From a virus: DNA of 64,000 nucleotides. The position numbers and the translations under genes were made by a program. Below are positions 26,335 to 36,550 of the stretch, piece by piece; the first letter of the stretch is position 1; every line of letters starts with the position of its first letter. The stretch spans positions 17,363 to 81,362 of IMG/VR virus record IMGVR_UViG_3300037010_002253; one strand, written 5' to 3'. Below the pieces are notes generated by a model. That model was given only the letters and a program-made list of their open reading frames with translations, was not told the origin of the DNA and did not search any database.

Positions 26335-29300
26335 TCAGATGTCGAGCACGCCGACGTTGTGGATCATCTTCTCGGCGCTGGTGAACTCTCGGTTCGCCTG
26401 TCCGATGGTAGACGGAGGCGCGCCGGTGACGACGTACCCCGTCTCTGCCCCCCTCGGTCCGTTGACGCCCCAGGACGTGAGCGTGATGGACAGCTTCCCG
26501 CTGACCCCGAGGTCGTTGCCGTGGAAGACGCCCGTGTACGCCTCCGCGCCCGCCTGGCCGAGCTGGACCTCGTACGTCCCGTTCCCCTTGCACACGTTTC
26601 CGATGAGGGTGGGGCCCTCCTCAGACGACGTCCATGTCGCCGGCTGGTAGTTGATCCCGACGCCGGTATTGCCCTCGCACACGTTCCCCTGAAGCAGAAC
26701 GCTCCCCATCACCTTCGGGTGTGCTCCGCTGTGGTCCCCACGGATGTTGATCCCATTGCCCGCGTTGTCGCAGAAGCGGCTACCGCGGATGACGAGACGG
26801 TCGAGCGCCACGGTCCCGACATTCGCGCCACCATCATAGAAGTGGAAGCCGTCACCTCCCATGTCGCTCGCCTCGCACCTGTCGAGGGTGATGCCAGAGG
26901 TGAGGAAGGTGGGGGAGTCGGCGGTCGCGTCGAGAACGTAGAACCCGCGGTGCGTGGCGGTCGTGGTGAACCCGCGCGCGGTGCAGTCGACCAAGGTCAG
27001 TTTCCCGTTGGGTCGCAAGAGGAAGACACCCCAGTCACAGGCCACGCCGCCAGCACCCGGGGTCTTCTCGAAGACGACATTACGGATGCTTCCCTTGTAC
27101 GTCTTCGCGGCCGCCCACAGCGCCGATTGGAACGCGACGCGGTAGTGGGGTGTGGCGATGTTCGTGGTGTAGACCCAGTCGAGGGCGTACACCCCGTTCA
27201 CGTCAAACGTCTCCGCCGCGCAGAGCATCTCACCGGACCGCCCGTTCATCACGCACGTCGGGAAGTGAACGTTTCGCATGACGAGGTGGGGCGTACTCAG
27301 GATGAACAGCGCGCCGCTCGTCCCGTTCCATCCGGTAACCGCAGGCCCCTCGCCGTAGTCGACGGAGGAGGTCCCTTCGTACCCTAGGAGCACATCGTCG
27401 AGAACGATTTGGCGCACTCGGGGCGCCGCGGACGCCGCAGAGGGGAGGCCGAGCGTGAAGGGAGTGATCGACGACGAGGCCGTCACCTTCCACTGGCCAC
27501 CACGGATGGCGAGCGTACCGATGTCGATATAGTCACCTGTGCCGTTCTGGGGGAGGAAGAGGAGCGTACCCACGCCGCCCATCGCATTCGCCGTCACGAA
27601 GCAGTGCGCGAACGTGATGTCGTGCAGGAGGGTGTTCCCAGCATGGCCGGTCCAGGGGTACAGACCGAGCACGCCGACGTTCGTCGTCGGGTTGCCCGCG
27701 GTCGCTGTCGTTGTCCCGAGGAGGAACTTGCACTGCTCGAACCTCACGCCGCGGAGGACCGCCGGATTCGTGGCGAGGACCGTCTCGCGCACCTCGACAG
27801 GAGCGCAGGACGCTCCAGACGTGTCGAAGAGACAGTCGCGGAAAACGTAGCCGAACGCTTCCGCATTCGCGTAGATGCAGTTGTTCTCTAGGCAGACGCA
27901 CGCGCTACTCGAGGTCGCCACGAAGGACGACCGCCACGCCGACACGCGGCCGGAAGAGAAGTCCACCCCCACCACGGAGATAGATGGCATGACGGTCTGG
28001 TCGACGAAGATGCAGTCCTCCAGCACCACACGCCCGGACGTGTACACCCCCACGGTGCCTGTGGAGCCCCTGGTGACGCGCACGCCCTTGAGGTGAATGC
28101 AGCACAGGTGGTCCGACGTGATGCCGGGGCCGCTCGTGTTGTTTCGCAGGGTCACGTCAAGCCCACCAGTCCCTTCAATGGTGAGCGTCGCCTCCCCAGC
28201 GAACCCGAGCCCCTGCACAGCTAGGTCGAGGTTGTAAGTACCCGCCTTCACTTGGATAACGCACGATGCCTGCGTAGCCACGGTCAGGTAGTTCTTCCAC
28301 CACGCGACCGCAGCGATGAGCCCGTCCGCGCCGTTGAAGTCGCCGAACGTCTTGTTGCCATCACCGACGGTGATGCACCAGCGCCCGTTGATCATCTTGA
28401 AGATGGAAGGTGGGCGCGTCTCCGTCGTGTTCTTGATCCCGATACCACCGAGGCGAAGGTACTGGTCACCTTCCGCCATCCCTGGGCCAGTCAGAGGCAC
28501 GTACGCTTCGCCGCTCACGCTCTCCGTGCCCGCGATCCCGTAGTCGCGAAACTGCATCGGGCTGAGGGGAGACTCCAGGCGCGTGTCGCCGTCACCCAGG
28601 TGGTTGACGGCGAGGGCAACTTCCGAGTGGTCGCCGTCTCGGTTGAAGCGCACCTGGAACACACCGTCGGGGCCGAGAGACCCGTCGGGGTCGACGTCTA
28701 CGGTGAGCAGCTTCGCTTTCGGAAGCAGCACCCCATCCGGGGTTTCGAGGATGGTAGAGACGAGAGCCTTCACTTTGAAGTCGACCTGGCGGGTGACCTC
28801 CGCCATCAGGGACGCGGGGAGGAGCTTGCGCTCGTCCACGATGTCACCATCCGCCACCACGTTGGAGGTGCGGGTGATGGTCGCGAGGAGGTAGGTCTTC
28901 GTGCCGCCCGCCCACAACTCATCCGAACTGCTCACCGGGATCGCCGCGTTGACCGTGTTCCCGATCGTCCACTGAAGCACACGCCTTCGCGTCGTCTCGC
29001 CCAACTGGGGGAGCTGCGCCGGGTCCGCGATCTCGGTTTCCTGGACGGCGAGGAAGACGCGCACGGTCTCGGTCCCCGCCACCCACGCAGGGCTCAGGGT
29101 GTACGCCGCCGAGGCGTCGGCCTGGCGGATGCTGTGACCGTCCGCGAGGAGGAAGCCGGTACCGATCTGAACGACTTCACCACCGGCGGCCGTGATCTTG
29201 AACCCGTCGTCGCTCGAACCGGGGGACAGGTTCCCGGTCGCCGCCACGGTCTGCTGCGCCGCCGTGAAGATCGCGCGAACGGCGAGTACTCGCAGGACGT

Positions 29301-29406
29301 CTTGGAACTCGTTCAGCTCGAAGTCGCAGACATCCCGGCCACGCTGGAAGATGACCTTGACGTGGTTGGCTGCCTCATTGAAAGAGTCCTTGATCGTATC
29401 CGCCAT
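26335..29406 (-). CDS. Tail fibre/tailspike with parallel beta-helix repeats
   Basis: N-terminal FQRGRDVCDFELNEFQ baseplate-anchor motif; GN..CxGN right-handed beta-helix repeats at C-terminus. Confidence 0.75.
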   Translation of the reverse strand: MADTIKDSFNEAANHVKVIFQRGRDVCDFELNEFQDVLRVLAVRAIFTAAQQTVAATGNLSPGSSDDGFKITAAGGEVVQIGTGFLLADGHSIRQADASAAYTLSPAWVAGTETVRVFLAVQETEIADPAQLPQLGETTRRRVLQWTIGNTVNAAIPVSSSDELWAGGTKTYLLATITRTSNVVADGDIVDERKLLPASLMAEVTRQVDFKVKALVSTILETPDGVLLPKAKLLTVDVDPDGSLGPDGVFQVRFNRDGDHSEVALAVNHLGDGDTRLESPLSPMQFRDYGIAGTESVSGEAYVPLTGPGMAEGDQYLRLGGIGIKNTTETRPPSIFKMINGRWCITVGDGNKTFGDFNGADGLIAAVAWWKNYLTVATQASCVIQVKAGTYNLDLAVQGLGFAGEATLTIEGTGGLDVTLRNNTSGPGITSDHLCCIHLKGVRVTRGSTGTVGVYTSGRVVLEDCIFVDQTVMPSISVVGVDFSSGRVSAWRSSFVATSSSACVCLENNCIYANAEAFGYVFRDCLFDTSGASCAPVEVRETVLATNPAVLRGVRFEQCKFLLGTTTATAGNPTTNVGVLGLYPWTGHAGNTLLHDITFAHCFVTANAMGGVGTLLFLPQNGTGDYIDIGTLAIRGGQWKVTASSSITPFTLGLPSAASAAPRVRQIVLDDVLLGYEGTSSVDYGEGPAVTGWNGTSGALFILSTPHLVMRNVHFPTCVMNGRSGEMLCAAETFDVNGVYALDWVYTTNIATPHYRVAFQSALWAAAKTYKGSIRNVVFEKTPGAGGVACDWGVFLLRPNGKLTLVDCTARGFTTTATHRGFYVLDATADSPTFLTSGITLDRCEASDMGGDGFHFYDGGANVGTVALDRLVIRGSRFCDNAGNGINIRGDHSGAHPKVMGSVLLQGNVCEGNTGVGINYQPATWTSSEEGPTLIGNVCKGNGTYEVQLGQAGAEAYTGVFHGNDLGVSGKLSITLTSWGVNGPRGAETGYVVTGAPPSTIGQANREFTSAEKMIHNVGVLDI

Positions 29407-29418
29407 TTTGCTCTCCGT

Positions 29419-31674
29419 TCAGGTGAAGAAGATGTGAGGCTTCGCGTCCGCGTCAGTGAACTCCGTGCGGAGCCGCTTGTCGAGTCGCTGGTACCTCATG
29501 GCGTCCCGCTTCTTCAGGACGTAGTACCGCTGTCCCGGGATGCAGAGGCTCGTGATGTCCCCGGCGACGGTGACCGTCGTCGCCGTGTTCGCCACGATCC
29601 GAAAGAGCTGCTTTTGGTTCTGGTTCGGGTTCAGGTACATGCCGACCCAGCCGTCGACCCCAGGGGGATCCTGGTTCGGGTCGAGCTGGAAGACGTTCAG
29701 CACCACGCCCGCGGTCTCCCCCATCGTCACGGGGATGCCCTTGGTAGTGATGTAGACGCCGACGTCGTTCGGTCCCCAGGCGCCAACGAGGTTCGCCCCG
29801 GGACCGAAATACATGCGGCTGTAGAAGTCGTACCGCGATCCGCGCGCCTGGAAGTCGAGCAACGGGTTGTAGATGGTCGAGTGGTACCCGCTGGACAGCT
29901 TGTACTTGTAGTGGGGGATCCGATGCTCGAAATCCACGCCCACCGTGTAGTCGAAGGCGATGCCGTACTTGATCGCCCCGATCGCGAAGCCACTTCCGAA
30001 GAAGAGTTCCGTTTTGCTATTCCCTGTGATGAGGTACTTCCCGTTCCCCTCGGGGCACAGGTAGTGGCCCTTCCATTGGTTCTCCTCCCACTCCGCAGTG
30101 GTATCGGTGATGGTCGTCTGTCCGCCGAGAGAGGTCACGGCCACACCCGCCTCGGAGTAGTACTCCGCGCGGAGGAAGCTCTTGCCGACGCTTACTGTCG
30201 CGCCGGAGGGGAAGTTGTGGGTCGACGGCGACACGAGGACGACGGTCTTGCCTGCGTAGTCGACGCTCGCCACCTCGGAGATGTGGCCGGCCGCGTTCGT
30301 ACGGATCTCGATCGCGATCCCCTTTTTGATACCGAGCACGCTGTTCAGGGACACATGCGTCCCACCGAACGCGAGGTCCGAGGTCAGCTCCAGGTCCTTC
30401 GGGGAAAGGTAGAGCTTCGCCTCCGTGAGGGTGTTGTCCTCCACGCAGGCGACGTCGCCGACCCAACCGAGCAGCTTCCCGCCCGCCCAATCGCTCGCCG
30501 CGCCGAGGCCGCTCGGGTCGGTCATCTTGGCGAAGGGGGAGGTGATGTCGCTTCCTTCCCCGTAGAGCAGGGCGCTGGTCCCATCGTAGGTCTTGAGGCC
30601 GACCGCGCCGCTGGGGCAGCCATCACCGTTCCCGAGATCGACGCACGCCGAATCCCAGAGGGTCAGCATCTTCACCGCGTCCACGATGCCGGCGCACGAT
30701 CCACGGATCTGGTACTGGGCCACGAGACCAAGAGCCATCCGCCTCGTCGTCAGGAAATCGTACGAGTCTCCTTCCGGTAGCGCGCCGAGGGACCGGACGC
30801 GCGCGGCGGTGACGTGGAGGGGTGCGCGGTCGTCGTCCGTGTTGTTCTCGAGAGCCTTCGTCCACCCGCGCAGGGTGTCGAGCCAGCACCCCATGATGGT
30901 GAACCACCGCTCCAGGAAGCCTGCTCCGCCGCCCTCGGAGACGGGAAGGGCGTCGAGGTGTCGCTCGTCCCGGGTGGCCTGCCGCCAGAAGAACGTGTCC
31001 TTCGAGTTGAGCGACTCGATGGACAGACCCATGACACGGCTGTCCTTCGTGATCTTCACGAGGTCGACGCCAGTGGCGTACGACGGGTTGTTCGTGGCGA
31101 CCACGAGGTAGTAGTAGAACGTGTTCCCTTCGAGGCCCGTGTCGAGGAACGTCTCGATCGAGGGGCCGTTGTAGACCTCGGTGGCCGCGTCCGTGAGGTC
31201 GAAGGGGTACCCCTTCGAGCGTCGGTGGATGGTGATCGCGATGGTCGAGGCAGGGTTCTTCCAGGTGAGGTGGATCTGGTTCCCTTCGCAGCGCGGTCGC
31301 GCCTTGAGGTTCTTCACCACGAACGGTGGGTACCCTACCGACGCCGTGTAGGCGCCCCACCTGTTCGTGAGGGGGATGAACGCAACGGCGCCCCGCAGGT
31401 CGCCCACCACATTCAGTGTGTACTTCTTCCCCGAGGCTTGTGGGGACGTGCGAAGCCGCACGACCGTGTCGCTGATGGGAGCTGCGCCGTAGACCTTCAC
31501 CCCGGGGATCGAGTAGCTCCCGAGGGAGAAGACCGCAGAGGAACGGAGCACCTTCTCGGAGAAAGTAAGGTCCACCGTTTCCGTATCGACCGGCGCGACG
31601 GAAACGAGATCGAAGGTAGGCCCCGACCCGCCGAACCCATCGACGCCGTACTTGAGGAAACCGTAGCCGCTCAC
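29419..31674 (-). CDS. Baseplate wedge/tail protein (P2 gpI-like) with Ig/FN3 domains
   Basis: FN3-like LTWKNP...YYY; FLERWF...YQIRGS gpI-like segment. Confidence 0.65.
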   Translation of the reverse strand: MSGYGFLKYGVDGFGGSGPTFDLVSVAPVDTETVDLTFSEKVLRSSAVFSLGSYSIPGVKVYGAAPISDTVVRLRTSPQASGKKYTLNVVGDLRGAVAFIPLTNRWGAYTASVGYPPFVVKNLKARPRCEGNQIHLTWKNPASTIAITIHRRSKGYPFDLTDAATEVYNGPSIETFLDTGLEGNTFYYYLVVATNNPSYATGVDLVKITKDSRVMGLSIESLNSKDTFFWRQATRDERHLDALPVSEGGGAGFLERWFTIMGCWLDTLRGWTKALENNTDDDRAPLHVTAARVRSLGALPEGDSYDFLTTRRMALGLVAQYQIRGSCAGIVDAVKMLTLWDSACVDLGNGDGCPSGAVGLKTYDGTSALLYGEGSDITSPFAKMTDPSGLGAASDWAGGKLLGWVGDVACVEDNTLTEAKLYLSPKDLELTSDLAFGGTHVSLNSVLGIKKGIAIEIRTNAAGHISEVASVDYAGKTVVLVSPSTHNFPSGATVSVGKSFLRAEYYSEAGVAVTSLGGQTTITDTTAEWEENQWKGHYLCPEGNGKYLITGNSKTELFFGSGFAIGAIKYGIAFDYTVGVDFEHRIPHYKYKLSSGYHSTIYNPLLDFQARGSRYDFYSRMYFGPGANLVGAWGPNDVGVYITTKGIPVTMGETAGVVLNVFQLDPNQDPPGVDGWVGMYLNPNQNQKQLFRIVANTATTVTVAGDITSLCIPGQRYYVLKKRDAMRYQRLDKRLRTEFTDADAKPHIFFT

Positions 31675-31675
31675 T

Positions 31676-32434
31676 TTACGGCACCGGGATCAGCTCGACG
31701 AGGACGCTGTCGCAGTCCGTCGCCACGCCGGCAGGGGTGAACACGTAGATGCGTGCGTGGGTCGCATCGACCCGGTACCCCATCCCCGCGAGGGCCTGCG
31801 GGGAGGCGACGGGGTTCGGGGTAACCCGCACGGCGAAATCCTCGGGGAGGAGTCCCAAGGCCCAGGAGATGACCCCCTCCCCCGCGCCGCCGGCCGTGTA
31901 GGTGAAGTCCACGCCCGTCGGGAGGATGGTGCGGCTACCACTCCGCGCCGCGCGGACCTGCTTGGGGATGTTCACCTGGTCCACGCGCAGGGACACGTAG
32001 CTGGCGCTCGCCTGGACGTACCGGGCGATGGCGTCCTCTAGGTACTTCCATCCGCGGTCCTGGCCGAGGAAGTTGCACTGGTCCGCCGTCGCCGCAAAGG
32101 GAGGCGTAGCCAGTCCCCTCTCGTCCCCGGACGCGAAAACGCGCACGTCGGCGGCCTGGACCCCCGCCGCGTCCGTCGTGGTGAGCATGACCGTGTAGCA
32201 GCCGACCACGTCTTCCGTGAACGTGGACGACGCCGTGGTCCCGAAGACGCCGGGGGTCTGCGCACTCCCCTCCGGGACCGCGAGGAGCTTGTACTCCCAC
32301 GCGACGACGCCCGCGTCGTTGACGTTCTGGCAGACGACGACGCCCGCGTTGGTTCCGCGCTTCCCAAGAAGCGCCTGACCGTTCCCGCCGATGAAGGCAC
32401 CCTGGGAGAACTTGAGCGAAGCCGAGATGGTCAC
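31676..32434 (-). CDS. Putative tail/baseplate structural protein
   Basis: PKD-like beta-rich N-terminus; context. Confidence 0.5.
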   Translation of the reverse strand: MTISASLKFSQGAFIGGNGQALLGKRGTNAGVVVCQNVNDAGVVAWEYKLLAVPEGSAQTPGVFGTTASSTFTEDVVGCYTVMLTTTDAAGVQAADVRVFASGDERGLATPPFAATADQCNFLGQDRGWKYLEDAIARYVQASASYVSLRVDQVNIPKQVRAARSGSRTILPTGVDFTYTAGGAGEGVISWALGLLPEDFAVRVTPNPVASPQALAGMGYRVDATHARIYVFTPAGVATDCDSVLVELIPVP

Positions 32435-34632
32435 TTCACACCTCCGACGGCGTTGACCGTGATGTCGTCCTTCGTGAACAGCATGAAGTCCTCCTTGCGG
32501 AGCGCGAGGTCGCCCGCGGTCGCGTACGTGTCCACGTAGGACTCGTCACCGATAGCCCAAGGGACCGTTCCGTCTGGCAGCGCGAACTCGACCATCCCGT
32601 CCTCCGACCGCCAGAGGTAGTGCAGCTTCGCGCCCGCGGAAAGCGTGACGGGGTCCGCGAGGGTGAGGGTGCCTGCGCCGACGTGAACGACCACGCTTCG
32701 CAGGATCTCCACCCCGCCCTGCATGACGAGTACGGGGTCGCCCGCAGCCCAGCTTGTCGAGGAGACCACGGGAACCGTGGCCGCGGATGCGACCGCGGAC
32801 GCGACGCTCGCCATGAGCACCTTCCCGACTCGCGGCTCGAGACGCTCGATGACGTACGGGTCGTCGGGAGCGCCGATGGTGAGGAGGCCATGGACGCTCG
32901 TCGCAACCGACTGCTGCGACCACGCCACCACGGGGAAGGAGTTGGGGACGTCGAGCGGGCGCACGCGCAGGGTCCAGTTCCCGTTGGAGAACTGCTCGGC
33001 GGAGAAGTTCGCCCGCTCGTCCACGAGCGACGTGTCGGTCAGGTACGAGGCCACGCCAATGTGGCGTTTCCGCACCTCGAACCGCCGACACACGACCGGC
33101 GCGAGAGACGCGACGACGCGGATGTTCCACTCCTGCCGCTGTACGGTGTTCGGGTTGACTTTGAGGCCCAGCGTCGTGCCGTCGCCCGTCGTCGGGGTCG
33201 CCAGGTACCTCGAGTGGTGCGGCTCGATGGTGAACGTCTTCACGAAGACCCGCTTGAGACCCTCGATTTGGGCCGGGCTCAAGGACTTGTAGAGGTCCTG
33301 AAGGTCGGCCTGCTCCGCGAAATCCATCACGTCGAATCCGTACTTGCTCAGGACGACGTCGGAGACCGCCGCCGCTCCGAGGGCCGCGACGTAGTTGTCC
33401 TCAATGAAAGCGTCGACCGACACTTTCAGGGTGACGTAGTTCGCGGCGATGGGGATGACCCGCTTGTTCGCGGACTTCTTGCTGCGCAACGCGATGATGA
33501 TCGCGTTGTAGAGGGAGGCCGTCATCGGTCCCCCGCCACCAGGCACGGTCACGACGTAGACCGGGACGGTCCCTGCGCTGCTCCGCCCAGGGACGCCCTT
33601 CGCGCGGTAGACCGCCGCGACGTTCGCTTGGGCAAGCGCGCCGTAGTCCTCCAGGGTCAGACCGCGATCGTTGGCCTTGATCGCAAGGGGGAGGGACTGC
33701 TTCGCGCTGTCGAGGCTCTGCTCCGGTCCCGCGCCCGTGGTGGGGTCGGGGTTCACGCAGAACGCGCCACGCAATGCAGATGGGGTCTTGGACCCGTCCG
33801 TCGTCCCGAGGATGGCGTTGACCGCTCCCGCGGGGAGGATGGCGTCCACCCCAGTCCCCGTCTTGTAGGAGCCGAGGACCTGTTGGTTCGAGGGAGGCAG
33901 CTTCCCGAAGATCCCATCGCCGAACTTGAGGGAGACGGTGCCGTCCTCCGCCACGTTCTTCACGTAGACGGCGTCGTTGGGACCGAACGGAAGGAAGCTT
34001 TGGACTTCGACGTACAGCTCCGCCGCGATCGTGGCCACGAGGGTCCCGTCCAAGACCGGCCTCTTCGCCAGGGTCACCACTTGGCCGAGCGCGCCGCTCG
34101 TGACCCCAAGGACCTCCTGGTAGACCTCGGTGCCGCTCTCGACGTCCACGTCCACGTACGTGCCGTAGGTCCCGTCGATGGAGAGCCCTGCGGAGTCGAT
34201 GAGGGTGTCCACCTTCGGCTGGAAGGTGACGCTCCCATCGCTCACGCCGAACTGCTGGTGTCGCGAGAGGGTGAACGAGTACGCCCCGTCCGAGTGCAGG
34301 GGGAGGTTGTAGATCCGAAGCTTCGTCGTTCCCTGGGTCGCCGACTTGAGGCGGAACGTGTACGCCTTCGCGAGATTGATGAAGTTCTGCCTCCTTCTCG
34401 TGAGGACGGGGATGGTTTCCAGGAAGCGCGCGTTCTGGGAATAGAAGACCATCTCCCCAGCGATCGCCATCAGCTCGAGGAACCGCGTACCAGGGTTGGC
34501 CGGGCCGAAGTCGGTCCACTGTTCGCTAGCGTACGAGGTCCTCTTGGCGTACGCCTCCAGGTCCGCGCGAAGTGAAGCAAAGTCCTCCGACGTGAAGTCG
34601 ACGACCGGGGTGTCGGGTCCGCCAGCGCTCAT
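32431..34632 (-). CDS. Baseplate wedge protein (gpJ/T4 gp6-like)
   Basis: DFTSEDFASL, WTDFGPANPG, FGDGIFGKLP, RGLTLEDY. Confidence 0.88.
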   Translation of the reverse strand: MSAGGPDTPVVDFTSEDFASLRADLEAYAKRTSYASEQWTDFGPANPGTRFLELMAIAGEMVFYSQNARFLETIPVLTRRRQNFINLAKAYTFRLKSATQGTTKLRIYNLPLHSDGAYSFTLSRHQQFGVSDGSVTFQPKVDTLIDSAGLSIDGTYGTYVDVDVESGTEVYQEVLGVTSGALGQVVTLAKRPVLDGTLVATIAAELYVEVQSFLPFGPNDAVYVKNVAEDGTVSLKFGDGIFGKLPPSNQQVLGSYKTGTGVDAILPAGAVNAILGTTDGSKTPSALRGAFCVNPDPTTGAGPEQSLDSAKQSLPLAIKANDRGLTLEDYGALAQANVAAVYRAKGVPGRSSAGTVPVYVVTVPGGGGPMTASLYNAIIIALRSKKSANKRVIPIAANYVTLKVSVDAFIEDNYVAALGAAAVSDVVLSKYGFDVMDFAEQADLQDLYKSLSPAQIEGLKRVFVKTFTIEPHHSRYLATPTTGDGTTLGLKVNPNTVQRQEWNIRVVASLAPVVCRRFEVRKRHIGVASYLTDTSLVDERANFSAEQFSNGNWTLRVRPLDVPNSFPVVAWSQQSVATSVHGLLTIGAPDDPYVIERLEPRVGKVLMASVASAVASAATVPVVSSTSWAAGDPVLVMQGGVEILRSVVVHVGAGTLTLADPVTLSAGAKLHYLWRSEDGMVEFALPDGTVPWAIGDESYVDTYATAGDLALRKEDFMLFTKDDITVNAVGGVK

Positions 34633-35057
34633 CAGGTCCTCCGAACAGTGAAAGGCTGCGTGTAGGTGTCCGCGAGCCCGGTCGAACGGTAGCGGAAGGG
34701 GATCCTCACGACCACCTTGAGCCCGGCCTCAGTCTCCACGCTGGAGACGCTGATGTGCGGGGACACGACGATCCTCGGTTCCCACAGGTCGAGAGCGCGC
34801 TTCGCTTCGTACGGGATCATGTCCCGGGCCGTCTCCTCGCTCTGGAAGAGACCGTCTGACAGCATCGTCCCGAAGGGAATCCCGTTCCTTACCAGCTCCG
34901 GTCGTTCCCCGATCCGCGTCATCAGGATGCACCGGATGCTACGCTTCACGAGGTCCTCCTCGCTCGTCAGGACCGGGCCCCTCCCACTCACGTTCGCCTG
35001 GATCGGGTAGGCGTACCCGATCCCGTACATCGAAACGGGCTGCTTGTTGGTGATCAT
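34632..35057 (-). CDS. Baseplate gp25/gpW-like protein
   Basis: SIRCILMTRIGER...FG...WEPRI. Confidence 0.85.
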   Translation of the reverse strand: MITNKQPVSMYGIGYAYPIQANVSGRGPVLTSEEDLVKRSIRCILMTRIGERPELVRNGIPFGTMLSDGLFQSEETARDMIPYEAKRALDLWEPRIVVSPHISVSSVETEAGLKVVVRIPFRYRSTGLADTYTQPFTVRRT

Positions 35058-35917
35058 GTCACGTCTCCCATGCAGGGCCCCGTCTTGAGTAGGTCGGTGA
35101 TGACGCCGACGACGGCGTCGATGGTGTCCTTCACGTCCTGGATCGGCTTGAGCATGTGACCGGGGTCCATGTCCGGTGCCGACAGGGTGGCGTGCAGGTT
35201 CGAGAAATCCCCGATCACGCCCGACAGATCAGGCATCCCAGGGAACGCGCTGACGATCTCGAGGATGGCGCCAAGGAGATCGAAGATGTTCTGTACGCTT
35301 CCCAGCTTGTCGAGGAGATGGTCCATCAGCGACACCCTGTAGTTGTCGAGGCACTTCCCTACCTCCTGGACCGACGGATTAGAGTCGCTGAGCTTGATGG
35401 AGACCTGGAGGCTCAGCGACAGGAGGTGGGTGACGAGACTCAGGATGCAGCCGAGGAGAACCGACAGGATTCGCAGCACGTCGAGGACGGGGAGGATGAA
35501 CTTGCAGAGCCCCAACGCGGGGATGAACAAGTCAAGGAGACACTTGCACTTGACCGGAACCATCGCGATGTCTTTTAGGAGCTTGACGACATCGGGGACC
35601 GGGAGGCTCTGCATCACGTCCTTGAGGTCCATCACGACCTTGAGAACCTGGGCCAGACACCCAAGGGCGCAGAGGGGGATCCCCAACGCCTCCAAGGACG
35701 GCTGCAACGCCAGGAGCAGCTTCGCCGCGACGTCGCACCCATCGCACCCGACCTTGAAGCTGAACTCAGGGACCGCCGAGATCCCTCCCCCACCGAGGGG
35801 CAGCCGGAACTTGAGGGGAGGGAGATCCGCGAAAACGGGAGGGCACGGGTTGACGCAGACCAACCTCGCGATGGGCTCTGTGGTGTGAGCGAAGGGGTCG
35901 ATCTTGTTCTGCGCCAC
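35054..35917 (-). CDS. Hydrophobic Cys-rich helical protein in baseplate module
   Basis: ORF between spike and gp25. Confidence 0.55.
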   Translation of the reverse strand: MAQNKIDPFAHTTEPIARLVCVNPCPPVFADLPPLKFRLPLGGGGISAVPEFSFKVGCDGCDVAAKLLLALQPSLEALGIPLCALGCLAQVLKVVMDLKDVMQSLPVPDVVKLLKDIAMVPVKCKCLLDLFIPALGLCKFILPVLDVLRILSVLLGCILSLVTHLLSLSLQVSIKLSDSNPSVQEVGKCLDNYRVSLMDHLLDKLGSVQNIFDLLGAILEIVSAFPGMPDLSGVIGDFSNLHATLSAPDMDPGHMLKPIQDVKDTIDAVVGVITDLLKTGPCMGDVT

Positions 35918-35923
35918 GCTGTC

Positions 35924-36544
35924 CTACCCGTTGATGATGTTGAGGCTCGCGTCGATGGTCCGACCGTTCGCCCGCACGAACGGGCCGACCAGTTGTACCC
36001 CCGAGGGGCCGATCACGATAGCTCCGCCTTCCCTAGACCCGATGATGATATCACGCCCTTTCTTTACCCAGATGGCCGTTTCCTTGACGCCTGGCCGCCC
36101 CTTGGGCGGGTTGATCGCGTCCACCGACGCGCCAGGTACGTTCCCCGCGCCCGCGACCAGGCTGCCCCCAGGGGACGCCGCCTGGAGGTCCTGCGGAGAG
36201 AGTCGGTCGTGACGTCCGTCCTTCCTGGGGGCGACGGTGAAGCAGCCGGTCCAGATCGGATGGTCGACGTGGCCTGCCTCGAACTCGACCCACACCCCGA
36301 TCTCCTCCCCCGCCTCCTTGGCCGTGGGAGGCACGCCGAAATCCATCGAGTTGATTCCGCCCATCCAAGGGAAGTTGGGCTCCGCCCACCCGAGCCAGCC
36401 GTCCTCGTGGTCGCTGTCGATCCCCATCACCTGCGGGCAGTACAGGCGAAGCCGCCCCCGTCCCTCGTCGTCGTTGTTGTCGCGAACGAAGCCCTTGTAT
36501 TTCCCGTAGTACGTGGCCTGGTGGTCATTCTCTTCGTAAAGCAT
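35924..36544 (-). CDS. Baseplate spike (gpV/gp5 OB-fold, Vgr-like)
   Basis: YYGKYKGFV..NDDEGRGRLR, WAEP, VWVEFEAGHVDHPIWTG. Confidence 0.88.
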   Translation of the reverse strand: MLYEENDHQATYYGKYKGFVRDNNDDEGRGRLRLYCPQVMGIDSDHEDGWLGWAEPNFPWMGGINSMDFGVPPTAKEAGEEIGVWVEFEAGHVDHPIWTGCFTVAPRKDGRHDRLSPQDLQAASPGGSLVAGAGNVPGASVDAINPPKGRPGVKETAIWVKKGRDIIIGSREGGAIVIGPSGVQLVGPFVRANGRTIDASLNIING

Positions 36545-36550
36545 AGTCCC